This document shows, piece by piece, positions 8,985 through 19,491 of a stretch of DNA of 64,000 bases (positions within the stretch are counted from its first letter, which is position 1; each line of letters begins with the position of its first letter). Below the pieces are notes generated by a model. It searched no databases. It was not told the origin of the DNA and worked only from the letters and a program-made list of their open reading frames with translations. A program made the position numbers and the translations under genes. The stretch is from an uncultured Verrucomicrobiae bacterium (GTDB lineage Bacteria > Verrucomicrobiota > Verrucomicrobiia > Chthoniobacterales > JAFAMB01), in NCBI GenBank assembly GCA_963837955.1, contig CAWIPH010000002.1, positions 1,344,001-1,408,000 of the forward strand, in the 5' to 3' direction.

Positions 8985-10292
8985 TTAGGCCGCAGACAAA
9001 TCCGTCGTGAGTGCAGTCGGCGCTACCTCTTCAGTTCTCCCATTCATAAATAGAACCCTAGAGACCCTTTCTTTGAGGTTTGCCGTAAAGTTGATCGAAA
9101 GCCGAGCGCCCAAGAGCAGACTAACGAGGAAAAGAACTGCCGCTCCGAGCAGAGTAAAACTAGGTCCGGCAATTGCCACTGCGCCGCCCCAGATCACGCC
9201 GCCAAGTACCATCGCTCCCTCCGAGACCATAAAGACGGTGGCGTTCAGGCGACCTCGCACCCAACTTGGCATAGCGCGTTGCGCCGCCACCCAAAGTTCG
9301 GAAGCAGAGAGTGTCCATCCCGCGCCCGCCAGCGCGGCCACTAGCAAGAATAATTCGGTCTGGCGGACAAATCCCATCAACCCATAAGCCAGGATAATCA
9401 ACAGGTTCGCCGACAAGGTGAGAGCATTCGGCGAGAAGTGACTCCTGAGCCACCGAGCAATGCTTAGCATCCCTATCACGGAGCCGATTCCCATACTGGT
9501 GAACAAGAGACCGAGGTTAGACGAATTGAGATGTAACACTTTCAAGCCGACGACCGGCACAACTGCCGGGATTGCGGAAATGAACAGAGCGAACAGAGCA
9601 TTTCGGGCTAGCACAATCTGAAGCTCGGGTACGCAACGAACGTAGCGAAAAGCAGTCCGGAAAGATTGGGAGAAGCTTTCCGACGAAACCTTTGACAACA
9701 CTGCTGGTTGTTTCCATTGGAGAATGGATAGAATCACCAGAAGGAAGCAGGCGGCATTGCCTGCAAACACGAAACTCGCTCCGATCAACGGAGCCAACAA
9801 ACCCCCTAAAACTGGTCCAATAATTCCTGAGATATTGAACTGCAAACCATTCAAGGTCGCAGCGGAGGGAAGTTCTGTATCTGAGACGACTTGAGGCACA
9901 ATCGACGTCCAGGTCGGTGCGTTAAAAGCAAATCCGATTCCGACGAAAAAGACGCAAACCAGGATAAGATAGGGATTGAGAAGGTGCAGCCAGCCAAGAA
10001 TCGCTAAAGCGACGGCGGTGGCTGCTAACCAAAGATTGATTGCACACACCAATTTCTTTCGGTTCACACTGTCGGCCAGGGCACCGGCGGGCAGTGTGAA
10101 CAGAAAGAAAGGTAGTGATGCGACTGTCGACATCAGCGAGATCAAAAACGGCGACTCTGTCAGCGTACTCATCATCCAGGTCGCCGCGCTATTATGAGCG
10201 GCCACAAAGCTTCCAGAGACGAGGGTGGCGATCCACAGTCTTCTGAACACGGGGTTGCGGAGCGCTGCCCAGGTCGAGTTCATAGTCATCAT
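8985..10292 (-). CDS. MFS transporter (MFS_3 / transmembrane secretion effector type)
   Basis: About 12 hydrophobic helices; ALRNPVFRRLW, LPAGALADSVNRK, PSWVRGR. Confidence 0.88.
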   Translation of the reverse strand: MMTMNSTWAALRNPVFRRLWIATLVSGSFVAAHNSAATWMMSTLTESPFLISLMSTVASLPFFLFTLPAGALADSVNRKKLVCAINLWLAATAVALAILGWLHLLNPYLILVCVFFVGIGFAFNAPTWTSIVPQVVSDTELPSAATLNGLQFNISGIIGPVLGGLLAPLIGASFVFAGNAACFLLVILSILQWKQPAVLSKVSSESFSQSFRTAFRYVRCVPELQIVLARNALFALFISAIPAVVPVVGLKVLHLNSSNLGLLFTSMGIGSVIGMLSIARWLRSHFSPNALTLSANLLIILAYGLMGFVRQTELFLLVAALAGAGWTLSASELWVAAQRAMPSWVRGRLNATVFMVSEGAMVLGGVIWGGAVAIAGPSFTLLGAAVLFLVSLLLGARLSINFTANLKERVSRVLFMNGRTEEVAPTALTTDLSAA

Positions 10293-10624
10293 TGGAAGCG
10301 AGGTCTTCCGTTCGTTTTCCGCGAAGCGATGGCGGCCGATCGGCAGCTAGCCGAATCGTTCGCCTCGCATCGGTAGACAATGGGACCGTTCGAAGTGAAA
10401 ATGATCGAAACTTCTCGGCACAAAGAAACTTCGTGGAAGGCGGAACTATCAGCCAACCCGGAAAGAAAGACTCGAACAGAGCGAAAGAAGCTAAGAGCAT
10501 TGCGACTCAGGCGAAATCCCTCAACGAAGATGATGGAGGGTGCGGCGCCGCCTGGGGACACGACTTCGGACCTCAAGGCCGAGGTACAAATTGAAGCCGA
10601 AGGAGGGATCGAAGTTGTTTTCAT
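10289..10624 (-). CDS. Hypothetical 111-aa protein translationally coupled to the MFS gene
   Basis: ATG start; its TGA overlaps the MFS ATG (ATGA). No recognisable domain. Confidence 0.35.
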   Translation of the reverse strand: MKTTSIPPSASICTSALRSEVVSPGGAAPSIIFVEGFRLSRNALSFFRSVRVFLSGLADSSAFHEVSLCREVSIIFTSNGPIVYRCEANDSASCRSAAIASRKTNGRPRFQ

Positions 10625-10958
10625 AAGGTGATTTGGTTCTGGTCGAGTTTTCGACCTTCATCCAACTACAAAGGATTTCCGGCGCGGCGGTTTCAGAAAT
10701 GCCGAGGAATTAGCAGGCACGGTCCGGCCGCATAGGGAAATCTAAGCTCGATCCCGCTTAGCATTCTCTCCGAGAAGATCGGCGCTTCGACAAGTCGCTA
10801 GCTTGCACCCGGCGAATGGCCGTTTTTAAAAGTTCGGAGCCGCGGTATCTCGAGTTTATGGCCGATTTGTTCCCACCTTTTGAAACTTGTCGCCCTGATT
10901 TCCTTTGTACCTGGTGAAGGCAGGCGAACACGCCTGTCTCAACCCACAAAGGGAAGCC

Positions 10959-11327
10959 ATGTTCAAAAATCAGACTAATCGAATTCTTCTTGCGATCGCC
11001 ACGATCGCTACACTCTGGTCTATGCCTGTAATGCTGCAGGCGGCCGAGCTGCATCCAATTGTTGTTGTCGGAATCCCGCCCAACAGTGTTGCCCTCAGGC
11101 ATCCAACTCCGGAATATCCTCGCAATGCTTTGAACTTACACATCAGCGGTGATGTTCTGGTTGGGGTCCAGGTCGAGAACGGCGTAATTATGGAAACTAC
11201 GGCAGTCTCGAATTCGTCACCTATGCTGGCCGATTCGGCTACCCGCTGGGTGGCCAATCAATGGAAATTCAAGCCCTCGGTTAGTGGAGTGTTTACCATT
11301 CCCATCTCATACAAACAGTCCGCGTAA
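10959..11327 (+). CDS. Small exported TonB C-terminal domain protein
   Basis: Signal peptide, then PTPEYPRNA...ISGDV...SSPMLADSA...WKFKP...IPISY. Confidence 0.7.
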   Translation: MFKNQTNRILLAIATIATLWSMPVMLQAAELHPIVVVGIPPNSVALRHPTPEYPRNALNLHISGDVLVGVQVENGVIMETTAVSNSSPMLADSATRWVANQWKFKPSVSGVFTIPISYKQSA

Positions 11328-11444
11328 ATCAAACCGAATGGCGCGAAGAGAGGCGGGAACACTTTTGTTCTCGTCTCTTCTTTTTTTGGTATGGGTATGA
11401 GCCAACGGCGTAGGTGCCCACGAGCTATTTGGGCGGCAAACACT

Positions 11445-11606
11445 GTCGGAGGGCGCGCCGCTTGCGGCGCCCGGGAACCACCCAATGCTCACCGAGGAAT
11501 CGAGGCGAAAGATCTGTTTCCGCGTACGTTGAACTGAAAGAAATCGCCAATGACTATCGGTTCATCGCGGCCGTTCCCGGGCGCCGCAAGCGGCGCACCC
11601 TCCGAC
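11445..11606. repeat. REP/MITE-like element, ~160 bp, with ~34-bp terminal inverted repeats
   Basis: GTCGGAGGGCGCGCCGCTTGCGGCGCCCGGGAAC ... GTTCCCGGGCGCCGCAAGCGGCGCACCCTCCGAC; related copies at 44040 and 44358. Confidence 0.8.
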
Positions 11607-11822
11607 GCTGGAACATCCATTGATAGCGAACTCAGATTGATCGCGCGGGCCACCGCCCCTTGGCTATTTGCCCCGCCCGCAACGCGTAGCGATGCGGGCG
11701 GGTATTGGCTAATTCCATTCAAGCCTCTCGTGAGAATGACGGCGGTTTGACGTTTATGCAGCGAGGCACTACCCTCCCGCGAGCCCGCTCCCTGGAAGGC
11801 GGCGGGCCAAAACCGAACGCTC

Positions 11823-13271
11823 GTGGACGCCCGTATCCTTGAGGAATTCCGCGCAATCGTGGGAGACATCGGCCTGATCACGTCGCAGGAACAATTGAAA
11901 ACCTACGAGTGTGACGGGCTGACGAATTTCCGCGTCCTTCCACAGGCCGTACTGCTGCCCCGCTCGACGGAACAGGTCCAGGGAATCGTGCGGGTGTGCC
12001 ATCGAGAGCGGATTCCATTTGTGGCGCGCGGCTCAGGCACGGGATTAAGCGGGGGCGCACTGCCAGTGAAAGACGGGGTGGTGATCAGCCTGGCGCGCAT
12101 GAACCACATTCTCGAAATAGACTTGGCGAACGCGCTCGTGGTGGTGGAGCCGGGTGTGATAAACTTGGAGGTGACCGGGCGGGTTGCGCCGCAAGGCTTT
12201 TTCTATGCGCCCGATCCCTCGTCGCAATCGATCTGCAGCATCGGCGGAAACGTGGCGGAGAACTCTGGCGGTGCGCACTGTCTAAAATATGGATTTACCA
12301 CCACGCATGTGCTTGGCCTTGAGATAGTGCTGCCGGATGGCTCGTTGGTGCACCTGGGCGGCAAGACCCTCGACGCGCCGGGGTACGACCTGTCGGGCGT
12401 GTTCGTGGGCTCAGAGGGCACGTTGGGCCTCGCTACTAAGATAACTCTCCGAATCGTCAAGCGACCCGAATGTATCCAGACGCTGCTCGCGGCGTTTAAT
12501 TCCACCGGCGAAGCGGGTGCGGCGGTGAGCGGAATCATTGCTGCCGGCATGCTGCCTGCAGCGATCGAAATGATGGACAACCTGGCTATCCAGGCCGCTG
12601 AAGCGGCTGTCCACGCCAACTATCCCGACTGCGGCGCACTGTTGCTGGTGGAGCTCGACGGACCCATTGCGGAAGTCGAAGTGCTGATGCGTCAGGTGGA
12701 CGAAATCTGCCGGAAGTGCGGCGCCGGGGAAATCCGGGTGGCGCAGACGGAGGCGGAGCGCGTGCTGGTGTGGAAGGGGCGGAAAGCAGCGTTCGCCGCG
12801 GTGGGCCGCATTTCGCCGAATTACATCGTACAGGACGGCGTGATCCCACGCACGGCGCTGCCGCGCGTCATGACCGAAATCGAGCGACTCAGCGCAGAGG
12901 CGGGAATCAGAGTAGCCAATGTGTTTCACGCTGGGGACGGCAACCTGCATCCGTTGGTGCTCTATGATCGCCGAATCGAAGGGCAGGAGCATGCTGCCGA
13001 GGTCCTGGCCAACCGGATCCTTGAACTATGCATCGAGGCCGGCGGGTCCATCACGGGTGAACATGGTGTCGGTGAAGAGAAGAAAATGATGATGTCAAAG
13101 ATGTATGCGGAGCCGGATCTAGAAACGATGCAGCGCGTGCGCTGCGCATTTGATCCGGAGCAGCTCTCAAATCCAACGAAAGTTTTTCCGCGGCCGCGGT
13201 TGTGCGGCGAACAGCCCGGGGAGTATCGACCTCATCCTGCGGAGCTCGCCGGAATTGCAGAACGCTTTTGA
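11823..13271 (+). CDS. glcD: Glycolate oxidase FAD-linked subunit GlcD
   Basis: RGSGTGLSGGA, YAPDPSSQ..CSIGGNVAENSGGAHCLKYG, GSEGTLG, FHAGDGNLHP, GEHGVG. Confidence 0.92.
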   Translation: MDARILEEFRAIVGDIGLITSQEQLKTYECDGLTNFRVLPQAVLLPRSTEQVQGIVRVCHRERIPFVARGSGTGLSGGALPVKDGVVISLARMNHILEIDLANALVVVEPGVINLEVTGRVAPQGFFYAPDPSSQSICSIGGNVAENSGGAHCLKYGFTTTHVLGLEIVLPDGSLVHLGGKTLDAPGYDLSGVFVGSEGTLGLATKITLRIVKRPECIQTLLAAFNSTGEAGAAVSGIIAAGMLPAAIEMMDNLAIQAAEAAVHANYPDCGALLLVELDGPIAEVEVLMRQVDEICRKCGAGEIRVAQTEAERVLVWKGRKAAFAAVGRISPNYIVQDGVIPRTALPRVMTEIERLSAEAGIRVANVFHAGDGNLHPLVLYDRRIEGQEHAAEVLANRILELCIEAGGSITGEHGVGEEKKMMMSKMYAEPDLETMQRVRCAFDPEQLSNPTKVFPRPRLCGEQPGEYRPHPAELAGIAERF

Positions 13272-13272
13272 A

Positions 13273-14565
13273 ATGGCGTCCCTGCCGACAGCTACCGGAA
13301 CAGAGAAAGGGGTCGCAGTCCCGTGGGACGATCTCCGGGCCATTGCTGGCGCCGATCAGCTTCGCTCCGCGGGGCCCGGGGACCGCGTCGCTGGAGTGCA
13401 GCCGGAAGCGGTCTTCGAGCCAGGCAGCGAAAAAGAATTGGCAGCGGCGCTGCACTGCGCGGACGCCGCCGGGCTCAGCGTTGTGCCGCGCGGCGGCGGC
13501 ACGAAAACCAGCTGGGGCAATCCGCCAATGCGCGCCGACCTGATCCTCTCGATGGAGCGACTCAACCGGGTGATCGAACACGCCTGGGGCGATCTGACCG
13601 TGAGCGTAGAGGCTGGCTGCACTTTCCAGCAATTGCAGAATACACTGTCGCAGCATGGCCAGCGCATCGCCATCGATCCGCTGTGGCCCGAGCGGGCCAC
13701 CATCGGTGGAATCCTTTCAACGAACGACAGCGGCACACTCCGTATTCGGTATGGCGGTCTGCGCGACCTGATTATCGGCATGACGATTGCGCTGCCCGAT
13801 GGCACACTGGCCTCGAGCGGCGGCAAAGTGGTAAAAAATGTCGCCGGGTACGACCTGCCGAAACTGGCCACGGGAGCACTGGGTACGCTCGGCGTCATCA
13901 CTCGCGCCATCTTCCGGCTGCATCCTTTGCCGCACAATCAACGGTCGCTCACATTTGAGACACGCGATCTGACCGACGCCAACCGCGTCATGCTGGCGGT
14001 GCAGGACTCCAAGCTGGCGCACACTGGGTTGCAGGCACGATTTTCTGAAGGGAGGACGCCCGCTGTGGACGTTCGTTTTGAGGGCACCGATGCGGGAATT
14101 GCGGCCCAGACAGAGACGTTGCGGAAACTGGCCGCTCCGGCAGCTGAAGCCGCGACCAGCGATGCGGTCTGGCTGGCGCGGCAAGAACTGTGGTCTTCTG
14201 CGGAGGCGGCAGCGATCGCAAAATTCAGCGTTCTTCCGGCGTCGGTCGCAGAGACGTGCCGCCGCATTCGCCTCTTGGCCGATTCTCTAGGTATACAGTG
14301 GCGTGCCGTTGTGCAGGGAACAGGGTTGGGCTGGCTGCGTCTGGAGGCGTCGAGCGCTGCCGCCATTCAGCAGGTTCTACACACTCTGCGGCCCGAGCTC
14401 GAACACGTGGGAGGCTCGCTGGTCGTGCTGCATCGACCCGCGGCAATGCCGGCAATTGACGCGTGGGGCAGCGGGGGCGATGCATTTCCGTTGATGTTGA
14501 GTGTGAAACAGCAGTTAGATCCGCGGGGTACGCTGAATCCCGGCCGGTTCATCGGGGGTATCTAA
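13273..14565 (+). CDS. glcE: Glycolate oxidase FAD-binding subunit GlcE
   Basis: ATIGG, GGKVVKNVAGYDLPKL, GTLGVIT, LDPRGTLNPGRF; lies between glcD and glcF. Confidence 0.9.
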   Translation: MASLPTATGTEKGVAVPWDDLRAIAGADQLRSAGPGDRVAGVQPEAVFEPGSEKELAAALHCADAAGLSVVPRGGGTKTSWGNPPMRADLILSMERLNRVIEHAWGDLTVSVEAGCTFQQLQNTLSQHGQRIAIDPLWPERATIGGILSTNDSGTLRIRYGGLRDLIIGMTIALPDGTLASSGGKVVKNVAGYDLPKLATGALGTLGVITRAIFRLHPLPHNQRSLTFETRDLTDANRVMLAVQDSKLAHTGLQARFSEGRTPAVDVRFEGTDAGIAAQTETLRKLAAPAAEAATSDAVWLARQELWSSAEAAAIAKFSVLPASVAETCRRIRLLADSLGIQWRAVVQGTGLGWLRLEASSAAAIQQVLHTLRPELEHVGGSLVVLHRPAAMPAIDAWGSGGDAFPLMLSVKQQLDPRGTLNPGRFIGGI

Positions 14566-15875
14566 TGGCGCAGCAACAAACTCCAGTAGGCGTAAACGGG
14601 TACGACACGCACCATCCGCCGTCGGATGAACTGATCGACAAATGCGTGCATTGCGGGTTCTGCCTGCCCGTGTGCCCCACCTACGTGCTGTGGAACGAGG
14701 AGATGGACTCGCCGCGTGGGCGCATCTACCTGATGAAGATGGTCGCCGATGGCACCGCAACCATCAACAAAACATGGGTGAGCCATTTCGACGCCTGCCT
14801 CGGCTGTATGGCCTGCGTGACCGCGTGTCCCTCCGGCGTGGAGTATGGGAAGCTGATCGAAGCGACCCGGGCGCAAATTGAGCGCCGCTATACGCGACCA
14901 GCTGCGGAGATGAGGTTTCGCCGGCTTCTGTTCAGCATCTTCCCGCGCCCAGACCGGCTGCGTGCGCTGTTGCTGCCGTTGCGTCTGTATCAGAAAGCCG
15001 GGCTCCAGTCCTTGGTGCGGCGCGCGGGCATTCCTAAATTGTTTCCAGCACGTTTTCGGGCCATGGAGGCGTTGTTGCCGCAAGTGCCCGCGCAGGAAAC
15101 ACTCCTTGAATTGATCCCGGCGCAGGGCGAACGGCGACGCCGCGTGGGATTGCTGCTCGGTTGCGTGCAGCGTGTGCTTTTCCCACAGGTCAATGCAGCC
15201 ACGGCGCGCGTGCTCGCCGCAGAGGGATGCGAGGTAGTGGCTCCTAAGGCGCAACCTTGCTGCGGCGCCTTGCTGGTGCATGCTGGAGAAGAGGAGCAGG
15301 CGGTGCAACTCGCGCGTCAGACCATTGACGCGTTCGAAAAGGCTCAGGTCGATGCCGTGATCATCAATGCCGCGGGTTGTGGCTCGAATGTGAAAGAGTA
15401 TGGCCACCTCCTGCGCGATGACTCGGAGTATGCCGAGCGCGCGAAAGTGTTTGCGGCGAAGTGCCGCGACGTTTCCGAATTTCTGGCCGAGCTCGAGCCG
15501 CGCGCTACCCGCCATGCGTTACCGCTGCGTGTGGCCTACCACGATGCCTGCCACTTGCAGCACGCGCAGGGAATACGTTCGCAGCCGCGGACAGTGCTGG
15601 GACGCATCCCGCAACTCGAATTACTGGAAATCCCCGAAGCCGCGATCTGCTGCGGCTCCGCCGGAATCTACAACCTGGTACAACCGGAAGCTGCGACGGA
15701 GCTTGGCGATCGGAAAGCGAGTCACATCGCCGCGCTAGAGGCCGACATCGTTGTGTCGGCCAACCCCGGCTGCCTGTTGCAGCTCCAGTCGGCGCTGGCT
15801 CGCGCAGGGCGAAAGCTGCCGGTTCGCCACTTCATCGAGTTGCTCGACGCGTCGATCCGTGGCGTTTCTCTGTAG
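14565..15875 (+). CDS. glcF: Glycolate oxidase iron-sulfur subunit GlcF
   Basis: CVHCGFCLPVCPTY, CLGCMACVTACPSGV, CCG domains, YHDACHL, CCGSAGIYN, ANPGC. Confidence 0.92.
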   Translation: MAQQQTPVGVNGYDTHHPPSDELIDKCVHCGFCLPVCPTYVLWNEEMDSPRGRIYLMKMVADGTATINKTWVSHFDACLGCMACVTACPSGVEYGKLIEATRAQIERRYTRPAAEMRFRRLLFSIFPRPDRLRALLLPLRLYQKAGLQSLVRRAGIPKLFPARFRAMEALLPQVPAQETLLELIPAQGERRRRVGLLLGCVQRVLFPQVNAATARVLAAEGCEVVAPKAQPCCGALLVHAGEEEQAVQLARQTIDAFEKAQVDAVIINAAGCGSNVKEYGHLLRDDSEYAERAKVFAAKCRDVSEFLAELEPRATRHALPLRVAYHDACHLQHAQGIRSQPRTVLGRIPQLELLEIPEAAICCGSAGIYNLVQPEAATELGDRKASHIAALEADIVVSANPGCLLQLQSALARAGRKLPVRHFIELLDASIRGVSL

Positions 15876-16019
15876 TGCGCTCCGCAATTTTTATTTCTGA
15901 ATTCTGAGTCTCGATTCAGGATTTTTTTTGCTGATTGCCGCGGAAGTTTCCGGTATGCATTCTTCCAATTTCTTACGAAGTAGCTTTTCACAGCTCACTC
16001 GTCCCCCCACCCCCCAAAC

Positions 16020-17681
16020 ATGTTCTCTCAAGTTTATAATCCGTTTAACAGCACATTACTTTCCGCGTTAGTCGCCGCTATCCCGATAGTTGTTCTGCTG
16101 GGAGCGATCGCTTTTCTGCGGATGAAGGCTCACATCGCCGCGTTGCTCGGCCTCATCGCTTCGTTGTCTGTAGCGATCTTCGTCTTTGGTATGCCTTCCC
16201 AGATGGCTGGGATGTCCGCTCTGTTTGGCGCTGCCTACGGTCTGATGCCCATCGGATGGATCATCCTGAATCTTATTTTTCTTTACCAACTCACGGTCGA
16301 TAGGGGCTATTTCAATATCCTCCAGAACAGTATCAGCGCGGTTACGCGCGACCGCCGGCTGCAACTGCTTTTGATCGCTTTTTCGTTCGGCGCATTTTTC
16401 GAAGGAGCCGCCGGATTCGGAACTCCGGTCGCGGTCACCGGAGCGATTCTGATTGGTCTTGGCTTTCGTCCGCTAGCGGCCTCCGGCCTTTCGCTGATTG
16501 CCAATACCGCGCCCGTGGCCTTTGGCGCATTGGGTACACCGGTGATTGCGCTCGCCGGGGTTACCGGTCTCGATCTGTTCCAACTCTCGAGCAAGATTGG
16601 CCAACAACTTCCGTGGTTCTCTTTAATCATCCCGTTCTGGTTGATTTGGGCATTCGCCGGTTTCCGCGGCATGCTTGGCATTTGGCCCGCGGCCCTGATC
16701 GCGGGGGGCTTCTTTGCCGTGCCGCAGTTCCTTATTTCCAACTTTCATGGACCCTGGTTAGTCGACATCGTTTCAGCCGTCGTCTCGATGACAGCTCTCA
16801 CGTTGTTCCTCCGAATTTGGCATCCTAAACAACTCTGGCTCGCGACCGAGCGTCCCGGGAACGACAATCCCGGGCATGCTAATAACCCTAGTCCGGTCGC
16901 CGATACCGACACGAGCGCGCTGTCATCTCGCCCTAGCCGTGCCGATACGATCAAGGCGTTGATCCCTTGGATCCTTCTGTGCGTTTTCGTCTTTGTTTGG
17001 GGTGTCCCGCAATTCAAAGCGTTTCTGGATGGGGTATTCGGTCCGAAGCTTCCCGTTCTAGGTCTCGACAAGCTGGTGCAGAAGATGCCTCCAGTGATGG
17101 CGAAACCTACTGCTGATGCTGCCGTCTATTCGTTTGGCATACTATCGGCAACCGGCACCGGGATTTTTTTGGCAGCGATCGTTGGCGGACTCGTTATGGG
17201 CTGTTCCTTTGGCAACCTGCTCCGGACCTACTGGCGAACCCTCAAACTCGTTCGGTTCTCGTTGCTCACAATCGCCTGCATGTTGGCGTTGGGTTACGTT
17301 ACCCGGTACTCTGGTACCGATGCAGCGCTCGGCCTCGCCTTTGCCCAGACGGGCGTGATTTACCCTTTCTTTGGCACTCTGCTCGGGTGGTTGGGAGTTG
17401 CACTTACCGGATCCGATACCGCCTCCAACGTCTTATTCGGCGGATTGCAAAAGATAACGGCCCAACAACTCGGACTGAATCCGGTTTTGATGGCCGCGGC
17501 CAACAGTAGTGGGGGAGTAATGGGGAAGATGATCGATGCTCAGAGCATTGTCGTCGCTTCGACTGCTACGCGCTGGTACGGTCACGAAGGAGATATTCTT
17601 CGCTTTGTTTTCTTCCATAGTATCGCGTTGGCGTCATTGGTCGGAATTTTGGTTACGTTGCAGGCGTACGTTTTTAAATAA
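16020..17681 (+). CDS. glcA: L-lactate/glycolate permease (LctP family)
   Basis: FGAFFEGAAGFGTPVA, ANTAPVAFGALGTP, LTGSDTASN, NSSGGVMGKMIDAQS. Confidence 0.88.
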   Translation: MFSQVYNPFNSTLLSALVAAIPIVVLLGAIAFLRMKAHIAALLGLIASLSVAIFVFGMPSQMAGMSALFGAAYGLMPIGWIILNLIFLYQLTVDRGYFNILQNSISAVTRDRRLQLLLIAFSFGAFFEGAAGFGTPVAVTGAILIGLGFRPLAASGLSLIANTAPVAFGALGTPVIALAGVTGLDLFQLSSKIGQQLPWFSLIIPFWLIWAFAGFRGMLGIWPAALIAGGFFAVPQFLISNFHGPWLVDIVSAVVSMTALTLFLRIWHPKQLWLATERPGNDNPGHANNPSPVADTDTSALSSRPSRADTIKALIPWILLCVFVFVWGVPQFKAFLDGVFGPKLPVLGLDKLVQKMPPVMAKPTADAAVYSFGILSATGTGIFLAAIVGGLVMGCSFGNLLRTYWRTLKLVRFSLLTIACMLALGYVTRYSGTDAALGLAFAQTGVIYPFFGTLLGWLGVALTGSDTASNVLFGGLQKITAQQLGLNPVLMAAANSSGGVMGKMIDAQSIVVASTATRWYGHEGDILRFVFFHSIALASLVGILVTLQAYVFK

Positions 17682-17786
17682 GGAACAGGGTAGCCTGATC
17701 CTCCTGGCTCAGGAATCCCAGGCGCTGCAAGTCTGCGGTCTCCCCCGTATCCGGGTCGTTACGAACGGACACGCAGGAGCGTGTTC

Positions 17787-18635
17787 CTACCGATCTTGTC
17801 GCACCAATTCTGAAACCACTGCGAAGTCTTGCTCGCCCCAGCCTTTTTCATCGGCTCGCGCCAGCACATGATTGACGGCCTTGGTCAGAGGAAGCTCGAG
17901 CTTTAGTTTCTCGGCTAAACTGAGCGCTAAATGAGAATCCTTTAACATGTTCCTGAGCGAAAAATTCGGATCAAAGTCTCGTTTGAGAATCGCTGGAAGT
18001 TTCATATCGCTGACGCCAGAACGACAGGCATTATTCTCAATCGCTTCGACTAATTTATTTGGATTCACTCCTGCCTTTTCAGTGATGGCTACCGCCTCTG
18101 CCAGGCTTTGCACGATGCTGGCGGTGATCAAATTCGTTGCGATCTTTATCAGGCTCGCATCGCCCAGGCGATCGAAGTAGACCATGTGTTTACTGGTTGC
18201 TTCCAGAATCGGTTTGGCTCGCTCTAAATCGGGTTGCTCGCCGGCCACGTAATAGACTAACTGACCTTTTTCCGCCGCGCCCTTGCTACCGGTAAACGGC
18301 GCGTCAATCAGGTGCGCTCCGATTGGATCAATTTCCTGTTTAATTTTTTTGATGGTATCCGGGGAAATTGTCGAATGCACGATCAAGAGATGCTGGGGCG
18401 TCAAAGCGGAGCGCAATTTCTCGATTGTTTCTAAAATCGCAGCATCGTTAGCGACGAAGATTTGCAGGATTTGGCATGTCTCTGCCAAGGCTTGCGGAGA
18501 TTGAACAAACTGTGGCTCATCCTTTGGTGTTCGGTTCCAAACATAAACATCAAATCCGGCTTTCCGTAGATTCTTGGCTACGCGAGCGCCAATGATGCCG
18601 AGACCGATAACCCCGACCCGGGAAGTAGTGCTCAT
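17787..18635 (-). CDS. NAD(P)-dependent beta-hydroxyacid dehydrogenase (3-hydroxyisobutyrate dehydrogenase / tartronate semialdehyde reductase family)
   Basis: VGVIGLGIIG, WNRT, HSTISP, DAPFTGS, KIATN, F..NFSL..MLKD. Confidence 0.88.
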   Translation of the reverse strand: MSTTSRVGVIGLGIIGARVAKNLRKAGFDVYVWNRTPKDEPQFVQSPQALAETCQILQIFVANDAAILETIEKLRSALTPQHLLIVHSTISPDTIKKIKQEIDPIGAHLIDAPFTGSKGAAEKGQLVYYVAGEQPDLERAKPILEATSKHMVYFDRLGDASLIKIATNLITASIVQSLAEAVAITEKAGVNPNKLVEAIENNACRSGVSDMKLPAILKRDFDPNFSLRNMLKDSHLALSLAEKLKLELPLTKAVNHVLARADEKGWGEQDFAVVSELVRQDR

Positions 18636-18807
18636 AAAGAACGGATAGCCCGACCGAAATCGCTCAACAAACGAATTTAATTTACGAGACAAATTAATCT
18701 TACATTGGAATCACCATGCAGGTTCGGAAATTTTGATTATCGTAGATCAATTCCAAAGCTGAAATGCAGACTGCAGTGCTGGGTCCTCGTGAGCCTGCCT
18801 ACAGTCC

Positions 18808-19491
18808 ATGAAACAGGAGGTTTTTATGCATTATCATGACGATGACAGCGCGGTTCCCGCCTCTGCGGATGAGAGTCGTTCTTCGCGGCGGCATTTTTTG
18901 AGCCAACTGGCGGCGTTATCCGCCAGCTTGACGGTCGCAATCCCGGCGGCACGCGCCGCATCGCCGAACGAGCGTCCAGCTCCGAAGAATTCCGATCCGG
19001 AAACTAAAGGATCTCGGGTAGACGTTGTTTTAAAGGTGAACGGTCGGGAAAGCCGACTAAAGCTCGATTCCCGAGTGACGTTGCTGGATGCTGTCCGCGA
19101 CCGACTGAACTTGAGCGGCACCAAGAAGGGATGCGATCATGGCGCGTGCGGCGCGTGCACGGTCTTGGTTGACGGGAAAAGGGTTCTTTCCTGTTTGACT
19201 TTGGCGGTGATGGCTCAAGGAAGGGAGATCACCACGATCGAGGGACTTGCGCACGGAGATGAACTGCATCCGGTGCAGGCCGCGTTTGTAACTTGTGATG
19301 GATTCCAGTGCGGTTATTGCACGCCAGGCCAGATCATGTCTGCTGTCGGTTGCATAGAAGAGGGGCATGCTCGTTCGGATAGCGAGATCAGGGAATTCAT
19401 GTCTGGCAACCTTTGTCGTTGCGGTGCCTACCCCAACATTGTTGAAGCGATCAAACACGCTGCGACTCAAATGAAAGGAGCGGTCAGTTAA
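18808..19491 (+). CDS. paoA: Aldehyde oxidoreductase 2Fe-2S subunit with Tat signal (PaoA/YagT-like)
   Basis: Twin-arginine SRRHFL; GTKKGCDHGACGACTV, FQCGYCTPGQ, GNLCRCGAY. Confidence 0.88.
   Translation: MKQEVFMHYHDDDSAVPASADESRSSRRHFLSQLAALSASLTVAIPAARAASPNERPAPKNSDPETKGSRVDVVLKVNGRESRLKLDSRVTLLDAVRDRLNLSGTKKGCDHGACGACTVLVDGKRVLSCLTLAVMAQGREITTIEGLAHGDELHPVQAAFVTCDGFQCGYCTPGQIMSAVGCIEEGHARSDSEIREFMSGNLCRCGAYPNIVEAIKHAATQMKGAVS

Noticed and set aside
11878..15907. Long antisense and alternate-frame ORFs over glcDEF and other genes
   Set aside because: Shadow ORFs expected in GC-rich coding DNA; the sense frames carry clear family motifs.
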